64,000 nt of DNA, from contig JBDOQK010000066.1 of assembly GCA_040437565.1 (NCBI GenBank), forward strand, positions 1-64,000. The letters are read 5' to 3'. The notes below the pieces were generated by a model. The model ran no database searches, was not told where the DNA came from, and saw only the letters and a list, made by a program, of their open reading frames with translations. This document shows, one piece after another, positions 27,556 to 40,689 of the stretch (position 1 is the stretch's first letter; the number at the start of each line of letters is the position of its first letter). The position numbers were made by a program, and so were the translations under genes. This stretch comes from Albugo candida (Eukaryota).

Positions 27556-28500
27556 ATGAAGTCGATCACTACAAAAGTGGAACCTCGAGAAACTTCCGGT
27601 CAAAGTCCTTGCAAAACACTGTCACACGTCGTCAAGGCTCAAGATGAAAAATCAAAAGAAGTAGCTCCGTTTCTCAAAAATCTGCGCCGAATGCTGGAAG
27701 AGGAAAGCGACGAGGTATTACGTTGGACCGATGATGGAAGAGCATTTGAAATACACGATATGGAAAATATGATGGAATCGATATTACCGAAATATTTCAA
27801 GCACCGCAAGTATACGAGTTTTCAACGTCAACTTAATTACTTTAATTTTAAAAAATGGACTAAATCGAAAGCAGTGGTGTGTACGTTCTCCAATGAGCAC
27901 TTTATACGTGACAATCCAGACCTTGCGTGGAAAATTACACGAAAGAAATCAATCAGTCTTTCTAATTATAAAAATGCAATGAAGAGTCGCGGATCAGCGG
28001 TGAATGTCACCTCACTGTCCCATCGACGTTCCAGTCCCAGTGACACAACAAATGCGTCCCTTCCTCCTGCCTCGATGTTGGCGCACTATGATCCAGTATG
28101 GAAATGGGACCAAATTGCGATTACTATTCCTGGGACGTCTGGGACTGAAAAGTATCTGGATCATGAGTTCTCAGCGTACCCAGCATCATTTCCATCACCT
28201 ACAGATATGGATATGATGCTCCATGAATTCGATCATCCCCACCTCGATCAATTAGCGGAAGCGACATACCCGCAATCTCATCCCCACATTGGCCGAATCT
28301 TATCCGACGAATCGTCGATAGATTCTTTGGATTGGATCGATCAAATTTTACCAACTTTGGACGTTCACGAGAAAATGGACCATCACGTACCACACGGTAC
28401 ATTCAAGGAATATTTGTTTGGGTCTTCACAGCATCCGGTACACGGTATTCAACTGCCATTACATGAGTCCTCTCACGTGTTTAACAGTGTGGATACGTGA
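27556..28500 (+). CDS. HSF-type DNA-binding transcription factor
   Basis: APFLKNLRRML..VLRWTDDGRAFEI..ILPKYFKHRKYTSFQRQLNYFNFKK..FSNEHFIRD HSF domain. Confidence 0.93.
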   Translation: MKSITTKVEPRETSGQSPCKTLSHVVKAQDEKSKEVAPFLKNLRRMLEEESDEVLRWTDDGRAFEIHDMENMMESILPKYFKHRKYTSFQRQLNYFNFKKWTKSKAVVCTFSNEHFIRDNPDLAWKITRKKSISLSNYKNAMKSRGSAVNVTSLSHRRSSPSDTTNASLPPASMLAHYDPVWKWDQIAITIPGTSGTEKYLDHEFSAYPASFPSPTDMDMMLHEFDHPHLDQLAEATYPQSHPHIGRILSDESSIDSLDWIDQILPTLDVHEKMDHHVPHGTFKEYLFGSSQHPVHGIQLPLHESSHVFNSVDT

Positions 28501-29157
28501 TTACACGATGGGGGGAAGAACTACAAACTGAGACATAATCAAAATCAAAAACAAAAAACAGTAACAATTCATGTGCTTCGATAGGATTAATAATTTTAGT
28601 TGACTTATTCGAGTCGCAGTATTATTTTTTACAATATTATTATACTTGTTTGCTTTACCGACTTGATTTCCCTGGAATGGTGTGTTTGACGTGAACTGAA
28701 AGTTTTGACATGATCACAGTATTATGGCGTGCACAAGTATCTCATATTTGCAATCAATTGTAGCGTATGCTGTTCAATACGTCGCAAACATCACTCCGTC
28801 TATTTTCAATTATCGATGGTGCTGCGAATCAAATTGTCATCACAAACTAACGAGCGGTCCATTGCGTCAGATTTGGTATCTTATAAATATATTTGATTCC
28901 AGAGGTATATTTCTTACATTAGCGAGAAGCTGATGCAGATTATAGTACACCTTGGAGTCACTTAGCTCAAATCAAACGCAAAAAACGCCCGCTGATTTCA
29001 TCTCACTGTTTATTACATGTGGCGTACGTTTTGTTCCCGTACTAAACATAATCCGACTGAATGTACCACCACAAGACTCAATGATCCAATGACAAATACG
29101 ATGCAAAATAAGGAAAACTGCAGAATCCAATACTTTCTATTTTACTTTCCATTCATT

Positions 29158-30496
29158 TCAATTCGAAGGCAACGTGTTGATTTCACTAATGAAATTTTTC
29201 AGCTTTTCGTTTGTTGGCTCGTTATTCGATAGTTCACGTCGACTCCCAACTCTACCAATCGATGTACGCGTCTCAGTTTTTCGATGCACCCTAATACAAG
29301 TCGGTAGAAACGACACGGTTTCATGATAAGCATCCGCATCCTCAATTCTGCCGTCTTTTGCCTCCTCACTTACCCTCACTTTTGGATGAGGATAGGGAGC
29401 GATGACATCACTTTCCTCAATCCTCGAAGAATCTTTCGGCGCATTTTGATGCACATTTGATGGAGGAAGTTTTGTCGCCTTGGATTGCATGGACATCGCG
29501 TCGCCTTGTTTGTTTGTGAGGATTTGTAATGGTGGAGGTGGAGGTGCTTGTATGGGAACTGCACCTGCAGGCACTGGAGGTCTCTTAGGCACTTGGATAC
29601 TGCTTGGAGGAGGCGGACATGAAGGAAGAGGTGGTCTTTTTCCTATCACAAACGTCAGAAAAATCCAATTAATCACGGAATGAAGGTCACTCACGAATCA
29701 GCGCATTCTGAGGGTTTTTTGATGAGTTTGAGTGTGATGAGGGAAGCGATTGAGGGGAATGAGTGTGATACATTTGAGGCTGACCTGGCGGAGGCGCACC
29801 GTACGGATTGAGCGTCGGATGGTAATGAATCGAGTTCTACACAGGTACTATGAGTAGTGAAATGAATCGTTTGAATTCGAAGACTTACTTTTGGATTGTA
29901 AGATCGATTTTCATTGTGAGGATTTCCATCCTCACTTTTCTGGGGAAAGTCAATGAGTTTTGAGTGATTAACGCCATTCAAACTCTCAGACCTTGAATCG
30001 ATGTACGGCGTCTTTTTGCCCGGCTTTCGACTAAAAACTAACTCATCAATGCGATTGCGATGTGCAGTACGCCGTACCTCTGACTGCTTCTTCACAGCTG
30101 CCACCAAAATGTTTTCCAACTGTGAGGGAATATGAGCAATCATTTCAAATAAAGTACTCACAGCATTTACGTCTGATTTTCGTTTTTTTTTTTGTCCATC
30201 GTTTGGATCCAGCTCAAGTTGTCGCTTTAATCTATTGATCTACAAGCACAGATGGTATCACTCACGCTGCATCCAACCTCACCAACCTCTGGTTTGAGTT
30301 GCTCAGGCTCCAAATTCGCTAATTTCACAAGTTTATTTTTCTGACGTTCATTCCTCAATCTTTTGGACTCCTAAAAGTGACTCAAAGACTCAGACCTCAG
30401 AATGCCTCAAAGACTTTGAGTAAAGGAGGGATCTTCACTCACTTTTTTCTTCTGTTCTCGACGGAACGATTCGACTGGATTTTGAGACTTGGCCAT
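29158..30496 (-). CDS. WBP11: WW domain-binding protein 11-like splicing factor (multi-exon)
   Basis: Spliced N-terminus MAKSQNPVESFRREQKKK/ESKRLRNERQKNK..PEQLKPE/INRLKRQ, a Pro-rich middle, and C-terminal FLPTCIRVHRK and KLKNFISEINTL. Several GT..AG introns; the first exons are not in the ORF track. Confidence 0.75.
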
Positions 30497-30727
30497 GATG
30501 GCTAGTTGTGTATTTCTAATGTATCCACTGTATATAAATCATATTTTTGATAATAAGCAGCACATGTTCGTAAACTACTCCAAATACTCGGAGGAGCATG
30601 AGTCCGTCTCATTGAGGGACGCAACTCATCGATCCGAAATACTTTTCTTCTGCAAAATTTATTGATTCAGTGCGTTTAAACACATTTCACGACGAAAGAA
30701 GACGCAAATACATACCCAATTATACTT

Positions 30728-31923
30728 ATGGACGCCCCGACTCATCTCAAAAAAACTGAAGAACAAACGATTTCGAGTTGTGAGGAAGCCCGACGCCTTG
30801 AGGACTTTTACATTATCGAAAATCGGACAATCGGACGGTACGGAATTTTGTCGTCGAAATCGCTGTAACCCTTTGACTCATCGTAGAGGACACTATGCCA
30901 TCGTAAACGCTGGAAAATGTCGTCAGACGGGTCGTTCCGTAGCGATCAAAAAGATAAGGCGATTTTTGAGTGACGAGAAACGCGTGCGCTCGGAAATTAC
31001 AGTCTTACAAAGTATCGAGAAGCATCCAAACATTGTCGAGCTTATTGATGTGCTTGAAACGCCTCGGGAAGTGTATTTGGTGCTGGAAATGTGCTCTGGA
31101 GGCGAGTTGTTTGAAAGATTGGCCGATAAAGGACCGTACTCAGAGGCCGATTGTGCTCGACATACTCGAGATATGGCAAAGGCGGTGCAATATTTGCATG
31201 AGAATGGGATTCTCCATCGCGATTTAAAGCCTGAGAATATTTTATTATCGTCGACGGATGATAGGACTGCAAGTCTCAAAGTCGCCGATTTTGGATTAGC
31301 AAAAATTCTCAAAGGAAAAAGTACGAAAACAAAGTGTGGAACTTGGGGCTATTCGGCTCCGGAAATGATCAGCGGGTCCGGATGCACGTTCGGATACGAC
31401 TACAAAGTCGATTCATGGAGTCTTGGCACTATTTTGTACATTCTGTAAGCGGTAGTGTCCTACTCGTTTCTCACTGAATGCCAATATGACGCGAATTGTG
31501 TCGTAGTTTGTGTGGCTACCATCCTTTCGACTCCACAGGAGCGACGTCCGATAATGAGATTATTGCCAATATCAAAGCGTGTCGATACAATTTCGACGAT
31601 GAAGCGTGGACAGCTATCTCAGCCGATGCAAAAGATCTCATCGGACACCTACTTGAGCTGAATCCCGACGATCGATACAGCACGACCCAAATCCTATCGC
31701 ATCCGTGGATTCACAGTGCTCACAGTGATCCAAAATCGATGCTGCCTTTGTCGCCTCGTATCCACCACGATTTGGCAAAGTATCAGAAGTCATCCAAGCA
31801 CAAGGTCAATTGTCGTCTTCGGTATCGATTTGCTTGCGTTTATGTCGTTTTCCGATGTAGAATTCTTTTTCTATCCTCGACGACGAATACGACTACAAAG
31901 CGATTGAAAAGGACGATTTGTGA
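30728..31923 (+). CDS. CaMK-group (CaMK1-like) Ser/Thr protein kinase
   Basis: IGR/GHYAIV, VAIK, HRDLKPEN, DFG, CGTWGYSAPE and DSWSLG. Introns at about 30838-30886, 31446-31507 and 31805-31860. Confidence 0.92.
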
Positions 31924-32112
31924 GCTTTTATGAACAGGAGACAGTGACACGGTGTATAAAAATTCGCACGCGACATCTGCACGTCTCAGTAATGTTATTC
32001 GAAGCAGAAAAGGTCAATGGAAAAGCGCAGGCGCAAAGCTTTTTTCATCGTTTTTTATAGTAAAAATGTCAAAGTATTTGTTTTTTGTAATTACAATTTT
32101 GTATCACTTTTC

Positions 32113-34045
32113 ATGTCAGACGCTGCGCCCAAGCCTGAGAACTCTTGGAGCTATACATCAGCCGATAGCGCTTCTGCTCTGTTGAATTCGGTGGACGAAT
32201 ACTTTGCAGCTGCGTTCCTTCAGGATGTAGTGTTTTGTTTTCCATCCGAATCGATAGAACAGCCTCAAACTCTCTCTGCGCATCGTCTCATTCTTTCGAT
32301 CAAAAGCTCGCGATTTAAAAGCTTTTTTGAGCAATTGGATGCAACGACGCCATTGAATACGATTCAGCTACCGATTAAGATCATAGTCGAAGATATACCA
32401 TTCACCATTTTCTCCATTTTCATTCAGTTTCTGTATACCGATAACGCTCTTCTCGTTCATGAGCAATTACAAGCTCATGCAGACTCGCTGTTGGGTCAAT
32501 ATAAGGCTTTAGCACGAGTCTCCTCCTTGTATGCGGTCTCTCCTCTGGTACAATTGGCAATGGAGAAGCTGTTGTGCTTGTTAGATCTCCACAATTTCGA
32601 TCGAACGCCCAGTGAAGACATACTCGAAATGCTTCTTTTCGCATCGCAAGTGAGAGATACTATTCCTGCTAATGGATCAACAGATCCGATGAATTGTGAA
32701 GGCGGCACGCTGAAAGAGACTCAATGCATCTCGTCGATACAAAGTGCCAAAGAGATTTGCCTCCAACATCTCGTACGCGCTCAAGACGACATCTTATGTC
32801 CAATTCTTAATTCTGCTGTTGGAAAGCGATTGGGAGCCAAAGCAGTTCGTGAGATATTGTGTCAGCGAACTTGTGCGCCACTCGTCCTTGCAGTTCGATA
32901 TCAATTGGAACACGTCGTGGTTGATTTGTTACGATCCGGCGAATCGTGTGATAAGCCGATGGACGAGGAGTTTCCACTTGTTGCGGCTCTCTCAGCGGGT
33001 AATGAGAAGATCATACGACTTTTACTCGTCGGTTATGACGCACCCATGCTTTTACTTACTGATCGGACTCCACATTTATTACTCGCGTGTTATAATGGGA
33101 ATCCTTCCCATTGCGAAATTCTCTTGAAGTCATCAAACATTGATCCGAATTGGGTCTCCACACTCACAACAGGTGATACAAATGCAGCGTCGATTCTCGG
33201 TCGTGGGCAAACACCTTTACATATTGCGAGTCGGTACAACCACATTGATGTATTGNNNNNNNNNNNNNNNNNNNNNNNNNNNNNNNNNNNNNNNNNNNNN
33301 NNNNNNNNNNNNNNNNNNNNNNNNNNNNNNNNNNNNNNNNNNNNNNNNNNNNNNNCTTTATGAATCATTCCGACATGAAAGGGAACACAGGGTTGCATTT
33401 AGCGTCAATGTGTCCATCAGACAGATGCACAAAAGTGCTTCTTTTGCTGCTAGAAAATGGTGGTAATCCAAACATAAAAAATTGGTTTGGGTACACGCCT
33501 TTGCATATGTTTTGTTCCCATCAGCACGGCCCAACAACTGTTATCGACGCGTTTGTACGGTGAAGCGCCTTACTGAAATTATTTGATACTTATGCACACT
33601 TTAGATCGAACACGGAGCAGATGTCCACGCACAAAGCGGAGATTTGAGTACAGCATTGCATTTGGCAGTCGCTTTTCAAAGCACAGACGTTGCGATCGCG
33701 TTGGAGAAAGCGGGAGCAATGATTCACGTGCGCGATGCTGCAGGAAGAGATGTTTTAGATGTCGCATTGGATTTGCCAGAAATGACGGAATTGCTTATTC
33801 GCAACATAACAAAACAACCGACTTGGATCGCTAACGAACAGGTGACGCAATGTGTTCGTTGTCAGAGTGTGTTTGGTATTGCAGTAAGAAAGCATCACTG
33901 TCGACATTGCGGGCGAATTATTTGCCACAAATGCTCGGGGAATCAAATTTCATTGCCAAAATTTGGAATTGATGACGTGTCTCGTGTTTGCGACACGTGT
34001 TTTGAGGTATTACAGAGGAAAGATGGTAGCAGTGAAAGGAAGTGA
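32113..34045 (+). CDS. BTB + ankyrin repeat + FYVE domain protein (rabankyrin-like architecture)
   Basis: BTB (AHRLILSIKSSRF..FLYTD), ankyrin repeats (GQTPLHIA, GNTGLHLA, GYTPLH, TALHLA) and FYVE (W..CVRC..RKHHCRHCG..C..C..RVC). There is an N-gap at 33256-33355 and an intron at about 33556-33604. Confidence 0.9.
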
Positions 34046-34542
34046 GCAGCAGGGCGGTGGTAAGTATAAAGCGGGAGTATTGAGTAAAGAAAACGATTAA
34101 ACGTTAATTTGGAATGCGTTTCGGTGCTTTCGACCGCTAAACCTGCTATTTCTTCAAGTTACGTCAATAGATCGAGTAACTGATACATCGTCGGGTCAAT
34201 AGAGCCATAGATTTGAAAACTCCGCTGTTTACGTCGTTGCGAGTTGTAGTATGAGAAAAATGGTGTGAAGATTGCACCCAAGTACCTGTATGCAGTCGGG
34301 TACGATCGACGGAAAAGCTTGGGAAAAGTATACCCAAAAGGTAATTTCCGATTTGATCATGGCTCATAAAGTATAAAGTACTTATAAAGACAATTCATTC
34401 TATGACAAGTCATGTTTCCTTTGCTCTTGCACTTTTCCTTTGGGCAATTTCGGTAGTGGTGATTAGCGCAATAAAGGTAATACTCTTTTTCGTACAAAAT
34501 CATTGAAAGTCGTTGATTCTCCGAGACTTTTAAAGGTATGCT

Positions 34543-37500
34543 TTTTAAACTAGGAAGTGCTATATTGTTTTTACTTTTGCCTAACAAATCCAACCGACAC
34601 TTCGCCACGAGTAATTCCGTCCTCATTCTACCTAATCGTCCAATGATAAAGCAGATGTCATATGGAGTAGACGGCCAATGATGTAGTCTTTCCCGCAGAA
34701 ACTGATTCTCGGTTACTGCTACTTTTGACACTCCTCCTCGGACGTCGCACTTCGATGATCCTGCCAAAGATGACTTGCTCTTACTCCAGATTGAAAAGTC
34801 CGCGCAGCTCCGCCACCCTGGGCGTCGGCAACGCCGTCGTCAACAAACTCGCTTTCATGACATGCGACCCCACAAACTCCGGTTTGACGATACGCTTTCT
34901 TGTATAATCACAAATAAACTTCATTCGTATATCCACATGTTTTGCGCTGGCTATACATCCTTCGGACTCTAACTGCCTGTTGGATGCTTGGTTGTCCATT
35001 AGCATGTTCATTGGGTCCGCGATCCAGAGTTCAATTTCATTAATCAGCTCTCGCAATACAAGCAATTCTCGTCCAACATGTGAGGCCGAGGTGAACTCAG
35101 CCTCCATGTTCGATAACGATACTCCGGTCTGCTTTGTGCAGATCCACTGCACAATTGTCCCACTCAAGGTGAGTACTCCACCCGTGACGGACTTTCGATC
35201 GGCCTTGTCTGCCTCAAACTTCGAGTCGCTCCGACTTGTTACAGTAATCGTATATTTCTTTGCATCGATCTTCATGTGCATATTTATGTCTTTAGTTGCC
35301 TTCAAGTACCTTGCAATGCGTGACGCGAGTTGCCAGCCAGTCGCTAACGCTGAGCTGGTGTGTGCGTCTCGTGGCCTTGTGTACGGCGAAACTGATGTCG
35401 GGTCTTGTACATCGAGCAATTCAAAGTAGCCTACCCACCAGTGACTGAAAATGCCTGATGGTGAATTCACCCTTCTCTCCTCGTCTTGTCGTCAGCCATA
35501 CGGTTTGAGCTTCGTGCTCATTGTTTTCGTCAGATATGGGTGACCTCATGCCGTTCGCTTTCGTCAGTCCGTGTACATGAATATCTCGTCAATAGTCGCA
35601 GTCTAATCCATAGCGTACGTCTCCTTGTCTTTTATTATCCACCCTGATACCCAAAAACTTGTTATCTTCACCCAGAGTCTTTATCGGCAGTACTTTCATA
35701 GTCGAAGAATGATCCCAAGCTGTTATGGCTTGAAATGACTAGCAGGTCGTTCACGTAAACACTAACTACTGTAAGCTCGAATTTGTGGCGTCTAAAATAT
35801 AGACCCGCGTCAGAAACGCACCGGCTAAACCCAGCATCTACCAGCTTTGCGTCCAGTAATTCACTCCATAATCGACCTGCTTGATTTAGTTCGTAAAATG
35901 GATTTCTTGAGTCGTACAAGTGCACGCCAAGCTGTTTTAGTGTCTCTTCACACACAATCATTCCCTGCAGTACTGCAAAAAAGATCTCCGAATGCTCCTC
36001 CTTGAAAGCTTTCACATAAGTGTTAGGTATATCGCCATGTCTTGCTGGTACTCCCCAACTAAGAGCAAGTACCAGTATTACCTTTAGGGTACTCAATGCC
36101 ATTACTACAGCGAATGCCAAGCCATAGTCGCACAAAGACCTGCTCGTTCTCGCAAGCAACCAGCCTCGCTCTGAAACGCTCAATTTTGCCTGCAGCATCC
36201 GTCGTGGTTTTAAACACCCACTTTGTGTCCAAAACATGACTTCCTGTAGGCGGTACGACCATAGTCCAGACGTCGTTCTCCTTTAAAGCTTGCAACTCTT
36301 CATCCATCGCCTTAGTCCATTCTTTCTTTAGTATGCTTGTCATAGCATCACCATGGCTCTTCGGTTCACGCTCTCACATACTTTTGATCACACCAGGAAG
36401 GTCATCCGACTTTTTATTCTCGCTTCTATATCGATAAAATCGAGTCGTTTCTCCGGTCACATGCGTATCTCGTGTCCATCTACCACTTCTCGAGTGAGTC
36501 TTGTGCGCCTTGAGTCGACCCATTTCTCTTGACTTGGAACGTTGCAGACATTTTCTTCTGACTCAGCAAGGCGTACTCGACGAAACTGATCGTTCTGCGC
36601 CTTCGTCAACGTCTCCACGTCCTTCAAATGTTATGTAACGACTACAGCCTTGTCACATNNNNNNNNNNNNNNNNNNNNNNNNNNNNNNNNNNNNNNNNNN
36701 NNNNNNNNNNNNNNNNNNNNNNNNNNNNNNNNNNNNNNNNNNNNNNNNNNNNNNNNNNTCGTACAAGTGCACGCCAAGCTGTTTTAGTGTCTCTTCACAC
36801 ACAATCATTCCCTGCAGTACTGCAAAAAAGATCTCCGAATGCTCCTCCTTGAAAGCTTTCACATAAGTGTTAGGTATATCGCCATGTCTTGCTGGTACTC
36901 CCCAACTAAGAGCAAGTACCAGTATTACCTTTAGGGTACTCAATGCCATTACTACAGCGAATGCCAAGCCATAGTCGCACAAAGACCTGCTCGTTCTCGC
37001 AAGCAACCAGCCTCGCTCTGAAACGCTCAATTTTGCCTGCAGCATCCGTCGTGGTTTTAAACACCCACTTTGTGTCCAAAACATGACTTCCTGTAGGCGG
37101 TACGACCATAGTCCAGACGTCGTTCTCCTTTAAAGCTTGCAACTCTTCATCCATCGCCTTAGTCCATTCTTTCTTTAGTATGCTTGTCATAGCATCACCA
37201 TGGCTCTTCGGTTCACGCTCTCACATACTTTTGATCACACCAGGAAGGTCATCCGACTTTTTATTCTCGCTTCTATATCGATAAAATCGAGTCGTTTCTC
37301 CGGTCACATGCGTATCTCGTGTCCATCTACCACTTCTCGAGTGAGTCTTGTGCGCCTTGAGTCGACCCATTTCTCTTGACTTGGAACGTTGCAGACATTT
37401 TCTTCTGACTCAGCAAGGCGTACTCGACGAAACTGATCGTTCTGCGCCTTCGTCAACGTCTCCACGTCCTTCAAATGTTATGTAACGACTACAGCCTTGT

Positions 37501-40470
37501 CACATGGAATGTACACGGGGTAGCCTTTCATTTAGTCGCTTTTTCCTATAATTAAGCCTTGTTTCCCGCGAGGTCCGAGGGATTGTTCCAAGCGTCCTGG
37601 TGGACAGTGCAAGGGGACCCAAAAACCAAAATGTCACTCGAAATAGGCAGGGTTAGCAGTTGAAGAGGAGATTGGCGACCGACGTTCGCTTTGCTGGGAC
37701 TTCGGTTCACTATATAAGCCGCATATACGGCCGTGTCGCACCAGAAACTCAGCGGTAACCCAAACTCAACTTTCATACCCCGCGCCATATTCAGGATGGT
37801 ACAGTGCATCCGCTCCGCCTTGTCGTCACTGGCTTGGTTTTTTGGCTCACGAATTTGGCTGGCATACCAATGTCCTTGCAGAAAAAACCCAACGACGGAT
37901 ACTTTCCTCCGCCGTCCGATCGCAAAACATAGATGCGACACTTGAATTGCCTTTCAAGAAAACGCCACAAAGTGTTTGACCTTCTGGACCACCACGTTTT
38001 TTCTTTTCGCCAAGAATATTCGACAATAATTCGTGAGATGATCCACGAAATTCACCATGTATCGACTTCCCGATCTGGCATGGAGGGTTATCAAGCCTTT
38101 CAAGTCAGAGCAAATGATACCTCCGATAACATAGACCGGTGCGTTATTCCCCATGTCTTTGCGCGACTGTGGGTTCTTACGTCTGCTTGATTTGCGCGCA
38201 GACTACACAGTTCTCATGAGTCCCATCGGTTACTTTTATACCGGAAACCGGGTCTTCTACCATCTTAATGATCGTTCCATAGTTGAAGTGAGCCAATCTG
38301 CTGTGAAAGTGCTTAAGCGTCCCCTCTGCACGTCTCCAAGCCATTTGGCGCGTCCACATCCACGAGTACGCACGATTAAGACGTTGTTTGTATTCTCCAC
38401 GTCGACAACAGCCGACCCGCTGTCAATTTATAGCAACAACTCTGTGCTTTCCTCTGTAAGATAATCCAAGCCCTTTAGCCTCCAAAATACCGTAACAAAT
38501 AATGTATTCCTTCAGTTGAAAATCTAGTAGTCGCACTTTTGTTATCTTGCCCATTACTGTGGCTTCAATGGTAACGCTACCACGTTTCGTAATTTGTGAA
38601 GGGCCACCGTCAGCTACAACACAATCGCATTCAAATCCTCTGCGTCTTCGAGCATGTAAAATCATTTACCCGGTAGCGGCTTGAGCCGCTGTCGACTATC
38701 CAGTTTCCTTGACCAGGGTCGACTACTTCGCCGAAAGCACATTTTTGATTCTTCCTTCTCGCTATTTGTTTCGCGTACAGGCAGCTTTAATGTGCCCTAG
38801 CTTACCACAATTGAAGCCTTTACTCCCTTCTTTCGCACATTTAGGAGATTAATCACGACGTCCTTTCCGATTTTTTTTCCATGCATTTCAATCTTTACCG
38901 ACTGTGCGGAATGTATCAGCTCCTCTGCTTGACGTAAGTAGTGTGTCCTTACCAGGTTCAGACGCGTCAGCATTGAACCTTTAATCGACGGTTTAGTAAA
39001 GTGAACAATATATTCCAGGACCAGGTTTTCGGCCCCACCGCACGCCTTATTAAACGCAACCAGATACAAACAGTGTTCTGTACAGCTGCGCTTGGGACTC
39101 TTGGTGGCAGTAAACAATTTCGTACTTTGCACTGGAGTGATCTTAATTGCAAACGGATGGAGCATTCTTTGCATGGCATGCTCCAACGTAGGCTGCTCAC
39201 TCCACCATCCCTCAACTCGACGATTGTAGTATCGGTCGGCCATTCCAGTGAGATTGTGTCCATGACGTCTATTTCCACGTCATCGCTTCATGGGAATCCG
39301 TTCGCTCTCTCGGCGAAAGAGATTTCCCGCACAAACTTGCTCCCCAGGGCAAGAAAACGCTCCTTAGACCCAGATACGTTCCTTTCCATTGAAGCGGTGG
39401 ATGCCCAACTTGCGCTCTCTTGCGTCTGAGATCCTCCGAAATTATATACCCTGTAACAGCGAACGCTGCGATCCAAGCGGNNNNNNNNNNNNNNNNNNNN
39501 NNNNNNNNNNNNNNNNNNNNNNNNNNNNNNNNNNNNNNNNNNNNNNNNNNNNNNNNNNNNNNNNNNNNNNNNNNNNNNNNATGCTCCAACGTAGGCTGCT
39601 CACTCCACCATCCCTCAACTCGACGATTGTAGTATCGGTCGGCCATTCCAGTGAGATTGTGTCCATGACGTCTATTTCCACGTCATCGCTTCATGGGAAT
39701 CCGTTCGCTCTCTCGGCGAAAGAGATTTCCCGCACAAACTTGCTCCCCAGGGCAAGAAAACGCTCCTTAGACCCAGATACGTTCCTTTCCATTGAAGCGG
39801 TGGATGCCCAACTTGCGCTCTCTTGCGTCTGAGATCCTCCGAAATTATATACCCTGTAACAGCGAACGCTGCGATCCAAGCGGCTGCTGGTAGTCTCGGT
39901 GTGGTACGCAGTGCTGTGGCAGCCCTGTCTGCGGCGCTTGTACCATCTCTACCTTATCTGCTGTCTTTGCATATCCTGGTTGCCTCACTCCAAAGTATGT
40001 CATCGGTGACAAGTTCGGTGACCGAGGCCTTGTCGGTGTCAATTCCAGAGCACTCCGATGCATGGCTTGCCCTTGGCCTATTGACGACCCGAACACACTG
40101 GACTGTCTTTCCACTTGTTGATGCTTGCCTTCTTGTGACGCCTCTAGCTTGTCCATTCGCTCAGTTAGTCCCTATAGTAGGGTCACCAAATTTGCTCCGT
40201 GTTTGTCACTTCATTACCTTCTAAAGGTTCTGCTTGTTGACTGGCGGCCCTTTTGCGACCGACTTCTGGGCTCATAACCTTTTAAACCAGGAAGTGATAT
40301 ATTGTTTTTACCTTCTGCCTAACAAATCCTACACAACACTTGGCTACCAGTAATTCCCGTCCTCATACTACGTAACCCTCCTATGGAAAAGCAGACGTAA
40401 TATGGAGTGGACGGCTAATAGTGTTGTCCTTCCCGCAGAAATTGATTTTCGGTTACTTCTACTTTTAGCA
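34543..40470 (-). mobile_element. Ty1/copia LTR retrotransposon, decayed
   Basis: Diverged ~190-bp LTRs (34543-34730 and 40280-40470). PBS GGTTATGAGCCCAG next to the 5' LTR and PPT CGAGGAGGAG before the 3' LTR. Gag, CCHC knuckle, DSGSS protease, integrase, RT (VYVNDLL) and RNase H (DNQA, KHVDIR) occur in copia order with many stops. Confidence 0.93.
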
Positions 40471-40689
40471 GGTGCGTTTCAAACATGTCCGCAAGCTCTG
40501 ACAATGTTTATTACGTTTCTTTATCATCCAAGTTACCGCGTTAGCTGTACTAAATAAATGGATAGAAAGTGGTATGGTTACTGCAAATGCCCAGTAGATA
40601 TATCCAATGTACAGCAGCTAAAGCAAAGTCGACCAGAGTCACAGTACGGCTAAACCAACTTGTTTTCCAGTCAAAGTACGGGTCATCCT

